Of a stretch of 64,000 nt of DNA, positions 52,162-62,443 are shown piece after piece (within the stretch, counting starts at the first letter, position 1; each line of letters starts with the position of its first letter). The position numbers were made by a program, and so were the translations under genes. The stretch covers positions 1,184,001 to 1,248,000 of the forward strand of contig CBDDFZ010000001.1 of assembly GCA_965227515.1 (NCBI GenBank). Reading direction: 5' to 3'. A model generated the notes under the pieces. That model worked only from the letters and a program-made list of their open reading frames with translations. It had not been told where the DNA came from and did not search any database. The stretch is from Alphaproteobacteria bacterium (GTDB taxonomy: Bacteria; Pseudomonadota; Alphaproteobacteria; CALKHQ01).

Positions 52162-52761
52162 TTAGCCCAGGCGGTCGCGCAGCGCCTGGATAAGGCCGGA
52201 GACCTGGCCGCCGTTTTGCTGCAGCACCGAGGCGTATTCCTCGCGGAGGGTCTGGGCAATGCTGACACCTTCGACCGCCACGTCGATCACCACGTGGGAG
52301 CCGTTGCGCATGCTGATGCGCCAGTCGACCCGGGCGCTCTCGCCGTTCGGGCTCTCCACGTAGGAGGTCACGATGGCGCCGGTATCGCCGTCGGGCGAAA
52401 CCCGCTGCACGTTGAAGCCCTCGCCGCTGTATTCGCCGAAGCGGCCGGCATAGGTGTTCACCAGCATGTCTTCCAGCACGCCGTAGAACTCGGACAGCTC
52501 GGTGTCGGTCGCCTCGCGGCGATAGCGGCCGAGCACGAAGTTGCCGATTCGCGGAATGTCGAAATTGGCCACCAGCAGGCTGCGGAACTGCGCCTCGCGC
52601 TGGGAATCGGACATCGACGCGTTTGTCAGCGTGGCAATGGCCTCGTCGCCCAGCGTCGAGACGAAAGTGTCGGCGCCTTCAACCGCTGAATCTGCGCGCG
52701 CGCTCCATGCCGGCACCGCCATGATCACGGCGAGGACAAAACAGCGGAAGAACGGGACCAT
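52162..52761 (-). CDS. mlaC: MlaC/Ttg2D phospholipid-binding protein
   Basis: 'FDIPRIGNFVLGRY', 'VIDVAVEGVSIAQTLREEY'; signal peptide. Confidence 0.9.
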   Translation of the reverse strand: MVPFFRCFVLAVIMAVPAWSARADSAVEGADTFVSTLGDEAIATLTNASMSDSQREAQFRSLLVANFDIPRIGNFVLGRYRREATDTELSEFYGVLEDMLVNTYAGRFGEYSGEGFNVQRVSPDGDTGAIVTSYVESPNGESARVDWRISMRNGSHVVIDVAVEGVSIAQTLREEYASVLQQNGGQVSGLIQALRDRLG

Positions 52762-53059
52762 CACTTGCTCCAAGATCTGTTGGTGCGACGCATGTACCAA
52801 GACTCCTACGCGGCAATTGGGCCCAAAAAGGGGCGAGTCACCGCCAGTCGGCATCGCCGCGGCATCTTGCCTTACGGACGCAAGGATATATTGCGGTCCC
52901 GTAACCTGCGCCAGTGATATTTCGGTCAGATGGGCTTGAAGCCCCATTCGCCATCGCCGCAGGCGTGACCGCCCGGCAACCGTTCCGTTTGCCCCATAGC
53001 CGCAGGCAGGCGGCCGGCCACAGGCGGGCCATCACAGACAGGCGGCTACAGGCAAGGGG

Positions 53060-53899
53060 TCAGGGGCTGTCGACGTCCTCGAAGGGATTGTCGAAGTCGT
53101 CGAACGGCTCCGGCCCGAACGGCGAATCCTGGTCGCCCAGGTTCTCGATCTGGGCGTCGCGCCGCTGGCGATAGGCCGAGCGCAGCCGGGCGTAGAAATC
53201 GACCGCGTCCTCTTCCAGGGCATCGAGGGTGTCGATGCTGCGCACCCGCGAATCCACCGCGGTGCCGACCGAGCGGTAGAAGCGCAATTCGGACTGACCG
53301 GCGCGCAACGACCAGATGTTGAACGGGTCGGTAAAGAAGTCGACCACCAGGCCGCCGACGTCGCGCGCATTGGACGGGCCCAGGATCGGCAGCACCAGAT
53401 ACGGCCCCTCGCCGACGCCCCAGACCGCCAGGGTCTGGCCGAAATCCTCGCGCTCGCCGGGCTGGTCGTCGATGTCGACGATGACGAAGATGCCGCCCAG
53501 CCCCAGGGTGGAGTTGGTCATGAACCGGCCCATGGTGTGGCCGGCGGCATCGATGTCGCCCTGCAGCACCTGGTTGATCAGGGTGACCGGCTCGGTCAGG
53601 TTGGTCAGGAAGTTGTGCACCGCGTCCTGCACCGGATAGGGCACCAGATCGCGATAGGCGACGGCGACCGGCCGCAGGATGATGGTGTCCACGCCATCGT
53701 TGAGGTTCAGTATGTATCGGTTCAGCGGCTCAAGCGGATCGTTGACGTCCGTGCCGGGCCCGGCGTTGGAGCTGCACCCGGCCATGGTCGCCAGTGCGCC
53801 TGCCAATGCGGCGGCGCCGCCAAGATTGCGCAGGCGTTGCTTGACCAGACTCTGATTGCCCAGACGTTGGCTGCCGCGATCGAACTGGGATTCGATCAA
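53060..53899 (-). CDS. mlaA: MlaA/VacJ lipoprotein (start uncertain)
   Basis: 'DPLEPLNR', 'RFMTNSTLGLGG', 'EDFGQTLAVWGVGEGPYLVLPILGPS'. Confidence 0.93.
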   Translation of the reverse strand: MIESQFDRGSQRLGNQSLVKQRLRNLGGAAALAGALATMAGCSSNAGPGTDVNDPLEPLNRYILNLNDGVDTIILRPVAVAYRDLVPYPVQDAVHNFLTNLTEPVTLINQVLQGDIDAAGHTMGRFMTNSTLGLGGIFVIVDIDDQPGEREDFGQTLAVWGVGEGPYLVLPILGPSNARDVGGLVVDFFTDPFNIWSLRAGQSELRFYRSVGTAVDSRVRSIDTLDALEEDAVDFYARLRSAYRQRRDAQIENLGDQDSPFGPEPFDDFDNPFEDVDSP

Positions 53900-54517
53900 C
53901 AATTCTCGTTCCTTCCCCACAACGCGCCCAAGTCGGCTGCACATTGTTCCAACTCGTCCGCATTAAAAAGATGCCGTGCCGCCGAGTGTGGCATTGGCAC
54001 AGCCGTTGTTGCAGATTTGCAACATATGCGCATCACCGGTCAACGAATGCCGTGACCGGCCGCAATATTGTTGCGGGTGGCTAAGAATGTCTGAACGGAA
54101 ATGACTTGTCTGCACGATGCCGAAGGGGAGGTCAGGCAACCGACGGGGCCCGTCGGCAAGAGCGCTGACTCACCTGACTTTTCTTTTGGGTTCTCCGCGT
54201 TGCGACAAGGGAAGCCTCTAGTAGGGGCAAGGGAAACCAAACCTGCATTTTCTGCACGCATACTGAGCGGCAATACCAATGCAAGCTGGGTTGGAGGATT
54301 GAGTGTGGGCACCATTGGTGTCGAGCACGACATTTTCTTGCCGGTGGCATGTTCGTCGTTCGAAAGTCATGCGAATGGTTAATTTCCGTGAGGTGCGGGC
54401 GACGCCTTTAGGGAATCATTTAGAGGTCTGGTGTAGCTTCAGCGGTGCTTCGTTGCTGCGCCAATGCCAGCAGAATCTTCAGGCAGGCGTTCGAATTGCG
54501 TTGGGGAAAAGCAAGAA

Positions 54518-55573
54518 ATGTCAAATAGCCGAGATTACGAGACAACGGCGCAATGTGCGGAGTCGGCCATCGCACGGATGCGCGACTCGCACAATCTCCC
54601 GACACCAGAGCATTTCGAACTGTGGTTCAGTTATTTCCAAGGTTCGCGCCCCGAGTTGAATGATGTGATCGACCAGGCGGTCGAGGGCGGCGAGGACATC
54701 ACCGACGAAATGCTGGATGAGCTGTATCACCGCTTCTTCATCCAGGACTCCTCGGACTTCGTCATCAACAGCACGACCGAGGAGATCGAGGCGACCATCG
54801 AGCAGGTCATCAATCTTGTCGGCCGGGCGGGCAGGGACACCCGCGATTTCGGCAATGAGTTGGACGGGGCATCCGGCCGGTTGGACGGCACCGTGGACCC
54901 CGAGGTGCTGCGCGAGATCGCCGTCGGCCTGCAAGAGAGCACGCGCCAGATGCTGGAGCGCAGCCGGCGCATGGAAGTCCAGCTCTCCAAGTCCAACCAG
55001 CAGATCATGGAATTGCGCACGCACCTGGTCTCGGTGCGCGAAGAGGTGATGACCGACGGCCTGACCGGTGTTTCCAACCGGCGCCATTTCGACTCCGTGT
55101 TGCGCGAATTCGCCGGCCGGGCGTCGCGGGACGGCCAGCCGCTGACCCTGTGCATGATCGACATCGACTACTTCAAGCGCTTCAACGATACCCATGGCCA
55201 CCAGCTCGGCGACGAAGTGCTGAAGCTGGTTGCGAAGATGTTGAAGGACTCGACCAAGGGCAGCGATATCGTCGCGCGCTATGGCGGCGAGGAGTTCGCC
55301 TTGCTGCTGCCCAGCACCACTCTGCGCGATGCAACCCAGCTCGCCGACAAGATCCGCACGGTGGTGGCCAAGAACAATCTGAAGAAGCGCACGACCGGCG
55401 AGTACATCGGTTCCATCAACCTGTCGGCCGGGGTCAGCCTGTACCGGGCGCACGAGGCTCTGGAGAGTTTTGTCGAACGCGCCGACTTGGGCCTATACTT
55501 GGCCAAGAACAGTGGTCGGAATCGCGTATGCAATGAGCTCATGCTCGCCAGCGACGTCAAGGAAGCGAGCTGA
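54518..55573 (+). CDS. Diguanylate cyclase (DgcB-like)
   Basis: 'TDGLTGVSNRR', 'DIDYFKRFNDTHGHQLGD', 'ARYGGEEF'. Confidence 0.93.
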   Translation: MSNSRDYETTAQCAESAIARMRDSHNLPTPEHFELWFSYFQGSRPELNDVIDQAVEGGEDITDEMLDELYHRFFIQDSSDFVINSTTEEIEATIEQVINLVGRAGRDTRDFGNELDGASGRLDGTVDPEVLREIAVGLQESTRQMLERSRRMEVQLSKSNQQIMELRTHLVSVREEVMTDGLTGVSNRRHFDSVLREFAGRASRDGQPLTLCMIDIDYFKRFNDTHGHQLGDEVLKLVAKMLKDSTKGSDIVARYGGEEFALLLPSTTLRDATQLADKIRTVVAKNNLKKRTTGEYIGSINLSAGVSLYRAHEALESFVERADLGLYLAKNSGRNRVCNELMLASDVKEAS

Positions 55574-55698
55574 CGGCACTGCCGGGGCGCCGCTGCTGAC
55601 AGCGGTTGCCCACTGCGCCGGCCACGGCGCGCCCTCCGAAAGAAGAACCAGCCCCCATTTTCGACCGTTGCCCGGCCGGGCACGACGATGACCGCCGG

Positions 55699-57474
55699 AT
55701 GATGACCGCGGGACGGTGGCAGCGTGTGTGGGACCGCATCCGGCATGGCCCGGCGCGGCTGCGCAATGCCGACCAGGTCATGCTGCTCGTGCTGGCGGTG
55801 GGGCTGGGGGTCGCATCCGGCTATGCCGCCCTCGGCTTTCGCCTGCTGATCGAACTGATCGACGACCTGCTCCTGGACACCGGCCGCGCCGGCACGCTGT
55901 TGCTGGCCGACATCCCGTGGTGGCAACGCCTGCTGGTGCCCGCCGCCGGCGGCTTGGTGATCGGGATCGCGATCCGCTATCTCACGCGCGACCGGCGGCC
56001 GGAGGGGGTGGCCGATGTCATCGAGGTCTACACCCGGGGATCCTACCGGCTGAGCCTGCGCAGCGGGCTGACCCAGGCACTGATCAGCGCGTCGTCGATT
56101 GGGGTCGGCGCGTCGGTGGGCCGCGAGGGGCCGGTGGTGCACATAGGGGCCGCGGTCGCCAACTGGCTCGGCGGGCGGGTTCGGCTGCGCCGCGATCTGG
56201 TCAGGGTTCTGATCGGCTGTGGCGTTGCCGCCGCGGTCGCGGCATCGTTCAACGCGCCCATTGCCGGTGTGTTCTTCGCGCTGGAAGTGGTGATCGGCCA
56301 CTACGCGCTGACCGCGTTCGCGCCGATCGTTATCGCTTCGGTTGCCGGCACCATGATCTCGCGCGCCCATTTCGGCGACTTTCCCGCCTTCATCGTGCCG
56401 GCGCACGAGCTGGTCTCGCTGTGGGAGTTCCCGGCATTCGCGCTGCTGGGCGCGGGCGGGGCCCTGGTCGCGATCGCCTTCGTTCGGGCCACGGCCCTGG
56501 TTCAGACGGCGGCGAACCTGACCGGGCTGCCGACGACATTCCGCCCGGCGGTCGCCGGCCTGTTGACCGGCCTGATCGCGCTGGCGGCCCCCCAGGTGCT
56601 CGGCGTCGGCTATCCGTCCACCGATGCCGCGCTCAACGCGGCGCTGCCCATCGGCATGCTGCTCACACTGCTGGTCGCCAAGTTCGCCGCAACCGCTATC
56701 TGCCTGGGATGCGGCTTCGGCGGCGGCGTGTTTTCGCCGTCGCTGTTCATGGGCGCCATGTTCGGCGGCGCCTTCGGGCTGACCGCGGCGACCGTGTTCC
56801 CGGACCTGGCATCGTCGCACAGCGTGTACGCCATGGTCGGCATGGGCGCCTTGGCCGGGGCGGTGCTCGGCGCGCCGATCTCCACCATCCTGATGGTGTT
56901 CGAGCTGACCGGCGACTATCCGCTGACGGTCGCGCTGATGATTGCCACCGTCGTCGCCAGCGTGGTGATGCGCGAGGCGCGCGGCGAATCGTTCTTCACC
57001 TCCCAACTGCGCCGGCGCGGCCGCGATGTCGCGGTCGATCGCGCCGCACTGATCCTGGATGGACGCACGGTCGGCGAGATCGTGCGGGCCAATCCTTCGA
57101 CGATCGCGGCCACCGCGCTGTTCGACGAGGTGCGCGAGCGCCTGCCGTTCGCCGGCGAGGGCGAGTTCCAGGTCGTGGACGAGGACGGGCAATGGCACGG
57201 GGTGATCACGGTGCAGACGGTCCAGGATCTGTTGAACGACGGGCCGGACGACACCCATGACCTGACGGCGGCCGATATCGCGCGCGCCGATCGGCCGGTG
57301 CTGGCGCGCGGCGACAGCCTGGAAACCGCGCGCGCGCACCTCGACGCTTCCGAAGCGGTGCGCCTGCCGGTGGTGGAGACCGTGGAATCGAAGCGGTTCG
57401 TCGGCGTGCTGGACGCGCGCGACGTGCTGCGCGCCGTGCATCGCGCCCTCGGCGACGCCAGCCGTGCCACCTGA
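55699..57474 (+). CDS. CLC chloride channel/antiporter with CBS domains
   Basis: 'SVGREGP', 'FNAPIAG', 'GGVFSP', 'FELTGDY'. Confidence 0.92.
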   Translation: MMTAGRWQRVWDRIRHGPARLRNADQVMLLVLAVGLGVASGYAALGFRLLIELIDDLLLDTGRAGTLLLADIPWWQRLLVPAAGGLVIGIAIRYLTRDRRPEGVADVIEVYTRGSYRLSLRSGLTQALISASSIGVGASVGREGPVVHIGAAVANWLGGRVRLRRDLVRVLIGCGVAAAVAASFNAPIAGVFFALEVVIGHYALTAFAPIVIASVAGTMISRAHFGDFPAFIVPAHELVSLWEFPAFALLGAGGALVAIAFVRATALVQTAANLTGLPTTFRPAVAGLLTGLIALAAPQVLGVGYPSTDAALNAALPIGMLLTLLVAKFAATAICLGCGFGGGVFSPSLFMGAMFGGAFGLTAATVFPDLASSHSVYAMVGMGALAGAVLGAPISTILMVFELTGDYPLTVALMIATVVASVVMREARGESFFTSQLRRRGRDVAVDRAALILDGRTVGEIVRANPSTIAATALFDEVRERLPFAGEGEFQVVDEDGQWHGVITVQTVQDLLNDGPDDTHDLTAADIARADRPVLARGDSLETARAHLDASEAVRLPVVETVESKRFVGVLDARDVLRAVHRALGDASRAT

Positions 57475-57521
57475 CCAACCGCCCGACGGATGAGGCGGCG
57501 GACGGGTCTTGCCGCCATAAT

Positions 57522-58127
57522 TTGGTCACGACTTCATGGCCGGATGGTCGCGCGGGTGCCGAACAAACGGGCCGAATCGTGAATTTTGGACAGATTTCCG
57601 ACAGGTTTGCGGGTCCTTCCACGCCGGCAGCGCTACGACGTGGCGTGCTGGCGCGATTGAGAAGCTGCCTGCGCACGCGCGCCGGGGTGCCGCTGGCTCT
57701 GGCGGTTGCCGCCGCCGCGCCGACCGCGGCGGAGGATCGGACTGAGCGCGAAGGCGAGGTCATACCTGCCGAGCTGACCCAATCGCTGCTGGGCATATGG
57801 CACGCCGAACTGCGCGACGAGCACGGCGCACCGATCTCCTGGCAGATCGATCTGAGGCTTGACGGCTCGTTCGAACGGGTCATCACCGATCGCAGTGGCA
57901 ATGAGGTCAGCCGGGCCGGATCGTACGAAGTCGATCAGCAGACGATCCGGCTGTTCTACCTCGGCACGGATGCCGACGAGCAACCGAACGCGACCGCATT
58001 GAACTTTGCCGACGCGGTCAGCCTGGAGACCTATTTCTACCGGATCATCAGCGAGGCGGAGTTGGCCCTGCGTCCGACCTTGTGCCGTGCCGATCCCTGC
58101 CAGTGGACCGCCAGCCGCGAGAACTAG
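57522..58127 (+). CDS. Hypothetical exported protein (start probably near 57645)
   Basis: Ala-rich signal-like segment, then 'LLGIW...LRLDGSF...GSYEV' beta-barrel-like pattern. Confidence 0.6.
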   Translation: MVTTSWPDGRAGAEQTGRIVNFGQISDRFAGPSTPAALRRGVLARLRSCLRTRAGVPLALAVAAAAPTAAEDRTEREGEVIPAELTQSLLGIWHAELRDEHGAPISWQIDLRLDGSFERVITDRSGNEVSRAGSYEVDQQTIRLFYLGTDADEQPNATALNFADAVSLETYFYRIISEAELALRPTLCRADPCQWTASREN

Positions 58128-58693
58128 GACTCGTTCTTGGCAGGCGCCGTAAGGTCCAGTACGTAAGCCTCCATCGGGTCCTCGGTGGCATCTGGGGCGT
58201 CCGGTGCCGCGGCGGTGAAGCCGTTGCGTTGCAGCACGCGGGCGGAGGCCGGGTTGGTCCGAGCCACCACGCCGACCAGCCGTCGGACCCCGCCTGCCCC
58301 GCGACACCAATTCACCAGTCCGGCGATCATCTCGGTGGCAAGGCCGCGCCCCCACCATTCGTGCGCCAGCAGATAGCCGATCCTGACCTCGCCGGTTGCA
58401 TCGTCCTCGTGCAGCAACATCAGGCCGACGACGTCGTTGCTTTCGATTTGGTCCTGTGGCTGGGCAACCAGCACGGCGCCTTCGGCCAGGCGGTCGGCCA
58501 GCCATTCCGTCGCCGCCGCGATGGAGTCGACGTGTTGCCAACCGGGCGGCAGTGCCGCTGTGACGGCCGGGCTCAGGATGTCGACCAGGCGCGCCGGCAA
58601 CGACGGCATGCCGGCGTCGCCCAACCGGGTCACTGTCAGTCGCGCCGTCGAGAAACGGCATTCGCGAGAGATTCTTGCGCCGTCGTTCACCAT
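58124..58693 (-). CDS. GNAT N-acetyltransferase (RimJ/RimL type)
   Basis: 'IGYLLAHEWWGRGLATE', 'NPASARVLQRNGF'. Confidence 0.88.
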   Translation of the reverse strand: MVNDGARISRECRFSTARLTVTRLGDAGMPSLPARLVDILSPAVTAALPPGWQHVDSIAAATEWLADRLAEGAVLVAQPQDQIESNDVVGLMLLHEDDATGEVRIGYLLAHEWWGRGLATEMIAGLVNWCRGAGGVRRLVGVVARTNPASARVLQRNGFTAAAPDAPDATEDPMEAYVLDLTAPAKNES

Positions 58694-58837
58694 CCACCCA
58701 GGATTCGGCCATTCCGGCAGCTAAGCAAGAGCCACGATCCCTTGCGGCGTGAGAGTTGACGTGGCCGCCGCGCGCTGATTCTGATGAACGCCGGTTGGGC
58801 GACTCGCAGCCCGGCAGGCGACAACAGGTGCGAACCG

Positions 58838-59341
58838 ATGACGGGATTGAGCAGGCTGCGGCGCGCGGTGGCGATGATGGCGGTTGCGCTGGCCGCGTTT
58901 CTGGTGCCGGCCGCGCAGGCGGACGAGCAATTGCCGCTGCCGCGTTTCGTGTCGCTGAAGTCCAACGAGGTCAATGTGCGCCGCGGCCCCAGCCGCGACC
59001 ATCAGATCCTGTGGACCTATCAGGTGCGCGGCCTGCCGGTGGAGATCATCGCCGAGCACGATGTGTGGCGGCAGATCCGCGATTGGGAGGGCGGCCAGGG
59101 CTGGGTCTATGGCGGGCTGCTCTCGGGCGAGCGCACCGTAATGGTGCTCGGCGAGTTGTCGACCATGTACCTGCAGCCGGTCGCCGACACCCGCCGGGTG
59201 GCCGAACTGGAGCCCGGCGTCGTTGCCGAACTGGTCGCCTGCGAGACCGATTGGTGCCAGGTCTCGGTGGAAGGCTATACCGGTTGGGTGGACCGCAACC
59301 GCCTCTGGGGCGTCTATCCGGACGAGATCGTCTCGCCCTGA
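58838..59341 (+). CDS. Bacterial SH3 (SH3_4) domain protein
   Basis: 'LPLPRFVSLKSNEVNVRRGP...GLPVEII...WRQIRD...GWV...LWGVYP'. Confidence 0.92.
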   Translation: MTGLSRLRRAVAMMAVALAAFLVPAAQADEQLPLPRFVSLKSNEVNVRRGPSRDHQILWTYQVRGLPVEIIAEHDVWRQIRDWEGGQGWVYGGLLSGERTVMVLGELSTMYLQPVADTRRVAELEPGVVAELVACETDWCQVSVEGYTGWVDRNRLWGVYPDEIVSP

Positions 59342-59383
59342 CGCGGCGGTCAGGGCGCAGACTTCAGCAACAGCGGAACCGGA

Positions 59384-60232
59384 TCAACCGGCGGCGCGCA
59401 GCTTGTTGTCGCCGGCAAGCGAGCGTCCGTGCACGCCGCGCATGCCGGAGACCGGCGCGAACGCGGACGACACGCCAAGCACGGTTTCGGCACCGCCAAG
59501 GAACAGATAGCCGTCCTCTTCCAGGATCGACGAGACCCGGCCCAGAACTGTCGACTTGGTCTCCTGGTCGAAATAGATCAGCACGTTGCGGCAGAAGATG
59601 ACGTCGAATCGCCCCAGCATGGTGAGCTCGTCGAGCAGGTTGTATTCCCGGTAGTTGACCATGGCGCGCAGTTCCGGCGCGATCGTCCACTTGTCGCCAT
59701 CCTGCTGGAAATACTTGACCAGCATGCGCACGGGCAGGCCCCGCTGCACCTCGAACTGGGAATAGACGCCGGCACGCGCCTTGGCCAGCATCTCGCGCGA
59801 CAGGTCGGTCGCCACGATTTCAACCTTCCAGCCGCGGAGCTGCTCGGCGGCCTCGGCCAAGATCATCGCCAGCGAGTACGGCTCCTGACCGCTGGAGCAT
59901 GCAGCGCTCCAGATCCTGATCTTGCGGCAGGCACGACGGGCGTCCAGCAGTGCGGGCAGCACGTTTTCGCGGAACTGGTCGAAGGGCCGGATGTCGCGGA
60001 AGAAGAACGACTCGTTGGTCGTCATCGACTCAACGACATCGTCGACCAGGCGCATGTTGGTGCCGCGCCGTACCTCGCCCACCAGCGCTTCCAGGTTCGC
60101 CAGCCGATACCGCCGCGCGACCGGGTTGAGCCGGCTTTCCAGCAAGTACATCTTGTCGCGGCTGAGCACCAGGCCCGACCGCTTTTTGAGCATTGCCGAA
60201 ATGAAGTCGAAATCGTCGATGGAGATTGTCAT
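59384..60232 (-). CDS. cheR: Chemotaxis methyltransferase
   Basis: 'TTNESFFFRD', 'IWSAACSSGQEPYS', 'IFCRNVLIYF'. Confidence 0.96.
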   Translation of the reverse strand: MTISIDDFDFISAMLKKRSGLVLSRDKMYLLESRLNPVARRYRLANLEALVGEVRRGTNMRLVDDVVESMTTNESFFFRDIRPFDQFRENVLPALLDARRACRKIRIWSAACSSGQEPYSLAMILAEAAEQLRGWKVEIVATDLSREMLAKARAGVYSQFEVQRGLPVRMLVKYFQQDGDKWTIAPELRAMVNYREYNLLDELTMLGRFDVIFCRNVLIYFDQETKSTVLGRVSSILEEDGYLFLGGAETVLGVSSAFAPVSGMRGVHGRSLAGDNKLRAAG

Positions 60233-61527
60233 GCCGCATGCCTCATGGCGTGATCGCGGAGATACCGTGGAATGTCGACCAACGGCAGGATCGCACTGCA
60301 AAGACCGGTTGCCGCCGCGGCCCGGGGCATGCCCCACACCACGCTCGACTCCTCATCCTGGGCGATCGCCAGACCGCCGGCGCCGACAATGTCGGTAAGG
60401 CCGGTGGCGCCGTCTTGGCCCATTCCAGTCAGCACGACCGCGAGGGCCCAGTCGCCGTATGCCTTGGCGACCGAACGAAACATTGGATTGACCGACGGCT
60501 TGCAGAAGTTTTCCGGCGGTCCGTCGTCGATGTGAACAACGTGTGCGCTGCCTTCGCGCCGCACTGTCAGGTGGTGGGCGCCGGGCGCGACATAGATGCA
60601 GCCGTCCTCGACGGGCATGCCTTCAGTGGCCTCGACCGCGCGCATCTTGGAGCACCGCTCGAGGTGCTGGGCCAAGATCTTGGTGAAGGTCGGCGGCATG
60701 TGCTGGGTGATGACCACCGGCGCGGTGAGCTGGCCATTGAGGGCGGTGAACACATCGATCAGTGCGCGGGGCCCGCCGGTCGAACTGCCGATTGCCACGA
60801 TTTTCGGGGTTCGGCCGACCCACTGCGAGGGCGTCGGCCGCAACGGATACGCTTCCCCGCCCTGACCCGCAGCCTTCGCGCTGGTGGCCGCGACCTGCGG
60901 CCGGGCGACGGCAACCGCCGCAGCGACCTGGCGCGGCGCGGTGCCGGATGAGCCAGCCACCGGTGCGGCGACGCTCTTGCTCGCGGGCATCGTGCCGGGC
61001 CGGGTGGTGCCGGTCTGGGTCGTGCCGGGCCGGGTGGTGCCCAGGCGCGACTCGCGTCGGGCGAGGGACGAGGTCCGGCGTTGCTGGCGCGCGGTGTGCA
61101 GCGCCCTGATCTTCGTCAACAGCTCCTCGCCGAACGTCGCCGTCGGGTCTCTGCTGTCCAGCGTCGACGGCTTGGTCACGTAGTCGGCGGCACCCATGGA
61201 GAGCGCGCGCAAGGAGATATCGGCATTCCTCTGGGTCAGGGTCGAGGCCATGATGACCGGCACGCCGGGGGCCGCGGCCAGTATCTCCGGCAATGCGGTC
61301 AGCCCGTCCATGATGGGCATCTCGATGTCCAGGACGACGACGTCGACCGGGTTGTCGCGCACGTACTCGATCGCGCGCCGCCCGTTGCCGACCGAGGCCG
61401 CGACGGCGAGATCGTCGGTCGCGGTCAGGATGCGGCGCACGATCGTGCGGTAGACGGTGTTGTCGTCGACCAACAGGACCCGTCCGCGCCCGTCCGCCGG
61501 ATCGCGCGTTATGGGGGTCATGCTCAT
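60229..61527 (-). CDS. cheB: Chemotaxis methylesterase (REC plus CheB)
   Basis: 'LDIEMP', 'IGSSTGGP', 'QHMP', 'VLTGMGQDG', 'VVWGMP'. Confidence 0.96.
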   Translation of the reverse strand: MSMTPITRDPADGRGRVLLVDDNTVYRTIVRRILTATDDLAVAASVGNGRRAIEYVRDNPVDVVVLDIEMPIMDGLTALPEILAAAPGVPVIMASTLTQRNADISLRALSMGAADYVTKPSTLDSRDPTATFGEELLTKIRALHTARQQRRTSSLARRESRLGTTRPGTTQTGTTRPGTMPASKSVAAPVAGSSGTAPRQVAAAVAVARPQVAATSAKAAGQGGEAYPLRPTPSQWVGRTPKIVAIGSSTGGPRALIDVFTALNGQLTAPVVITQHMPPTFTKILAQHLERCSKMRAVEATEGMPVEDGCIYVAPGAHHLTVRREGSAHVVHIDDGPPENFCKPSVNPMFRSVAKAYGDWALAVVLTGMGQDGATGLTDIVGAGGLAIAQDEESSVVWGMPRAAAATGLCSAILPLVDIPRYLRDHAMRHAA

Positions 61528-61889
61528 ACAGGCGTTCCGATCTGGGCCAGCTTGGAGCGAATGATTTCGCTGTCGAACGGTTTCATGATGTAGTCGTCGG
61601 CGCCGGCGGCCAGCGCGTCGACGATGCGGTCCTGCACGTTCTCGACCGAGCAGATCACCACTCGCGGCTGCTCCGTGTCGGACATCGCCCGCAGCGACCG
61701 CAGCACTTCGATCCCGTTCATATTGGGCATGTGCCAGTCCAGCAGCAGGCCGTCCGGCATCTCGCGCCGGCAAAACTCCAGCGCTTCATCGCCGTCTGCG
61801 GCCTCCGCGGTGCGGAAGCCCAGTTCGGTCAGGATCTTGCGCGTGACGATACGGATCACTTTGGAGTCGTCGACGATAAGCCAGAGCAT
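61524..61889 (-). CDS. cheY: Chemotaxis response regulator
   Basis: Single REC domain 'IVDDS', 'LLDWHMP', 'YIMKPF' within the che operon. Confidence 0.9.
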   Translation of the reverse strand: MLWLIVDDSKVIRIVTRKILTELGFRTAEAADGDEALEFCRREMPDGLLLDWHMPNMNGIEVLRSLRAMSDTEQPRVVICSVENVQDRIVDALAAGADDYIMKPFDSEIIRSKLAQIGTPV

Positions 61890-61942
61890 GGCGGTCGCAT
61901 CTCTTCGTGGTTGGTTGCTGCGTCTACGGCGAGGAGGTCTTG

Positions 61943-62443
61943 TCAGGCCGCCATCTGGCGCCCGATGGTGAGCAGTCGGTCCACATCCAGCACCACCATC
62001 AGGCCTTCCTTCAGGCGGTACATGCCGACCGAGATTTCCCGCCAGGTCTCGTCCAGCGTCATCGGATTGCGCTCATAGGCCGAGGACGGGAGGCTCAGCA
62101 CCTCGCCGACGGAATCGATCAGCAGGCTGTAGAGTTCCTTGTCGTGCTCCACCACCACGGCCATGCCTTCCTCACCCTCGGGGCGGGACGGCAGGCCCAA
62201 CCGGCGGCGCACGTCGATGGCGGTGACGATGCGCCCGCGCAGGTTCAGCGCGCCGGCCACTTCCGGCGGGGACAGCGGAATGCGCGTGATGCGCTGCGGA
62301 CCCAGGATGTCCTGGACGCTGAGCACTGGGATGCCGAACAGCTGGCCATGCAGGGTCAGGGTCACGAAGTCGGCATGGTCGCGCTTGGCGAGGTCGGCGA
62401 CTTGCGACCCTTCATGGGTCTTGATGTCAGACGGGTTGGTCAT
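61943..62443 (-). CDS. cheW: Chemotaxis coupling protein
   Basis: 'VAGALNLRGRIVTAID', 'LLIDSVGEV'. Confidence 0.95.
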   Translation of the reverse strand: MTNPSDIKTHEGSQVADLAKRDHADFVTLTLHGQLFGIPVLSVQDILGPQRITRIPLSPPEVAGALNLRGRIVTAIDVRRRLGLPSRPEGEEGMAVVVEHDKELYSLLIDSVGEVLSLPSSAYERNPMTLDETWREISVGMYRLKEGLMVVLDVDRLLTIGRQMAA

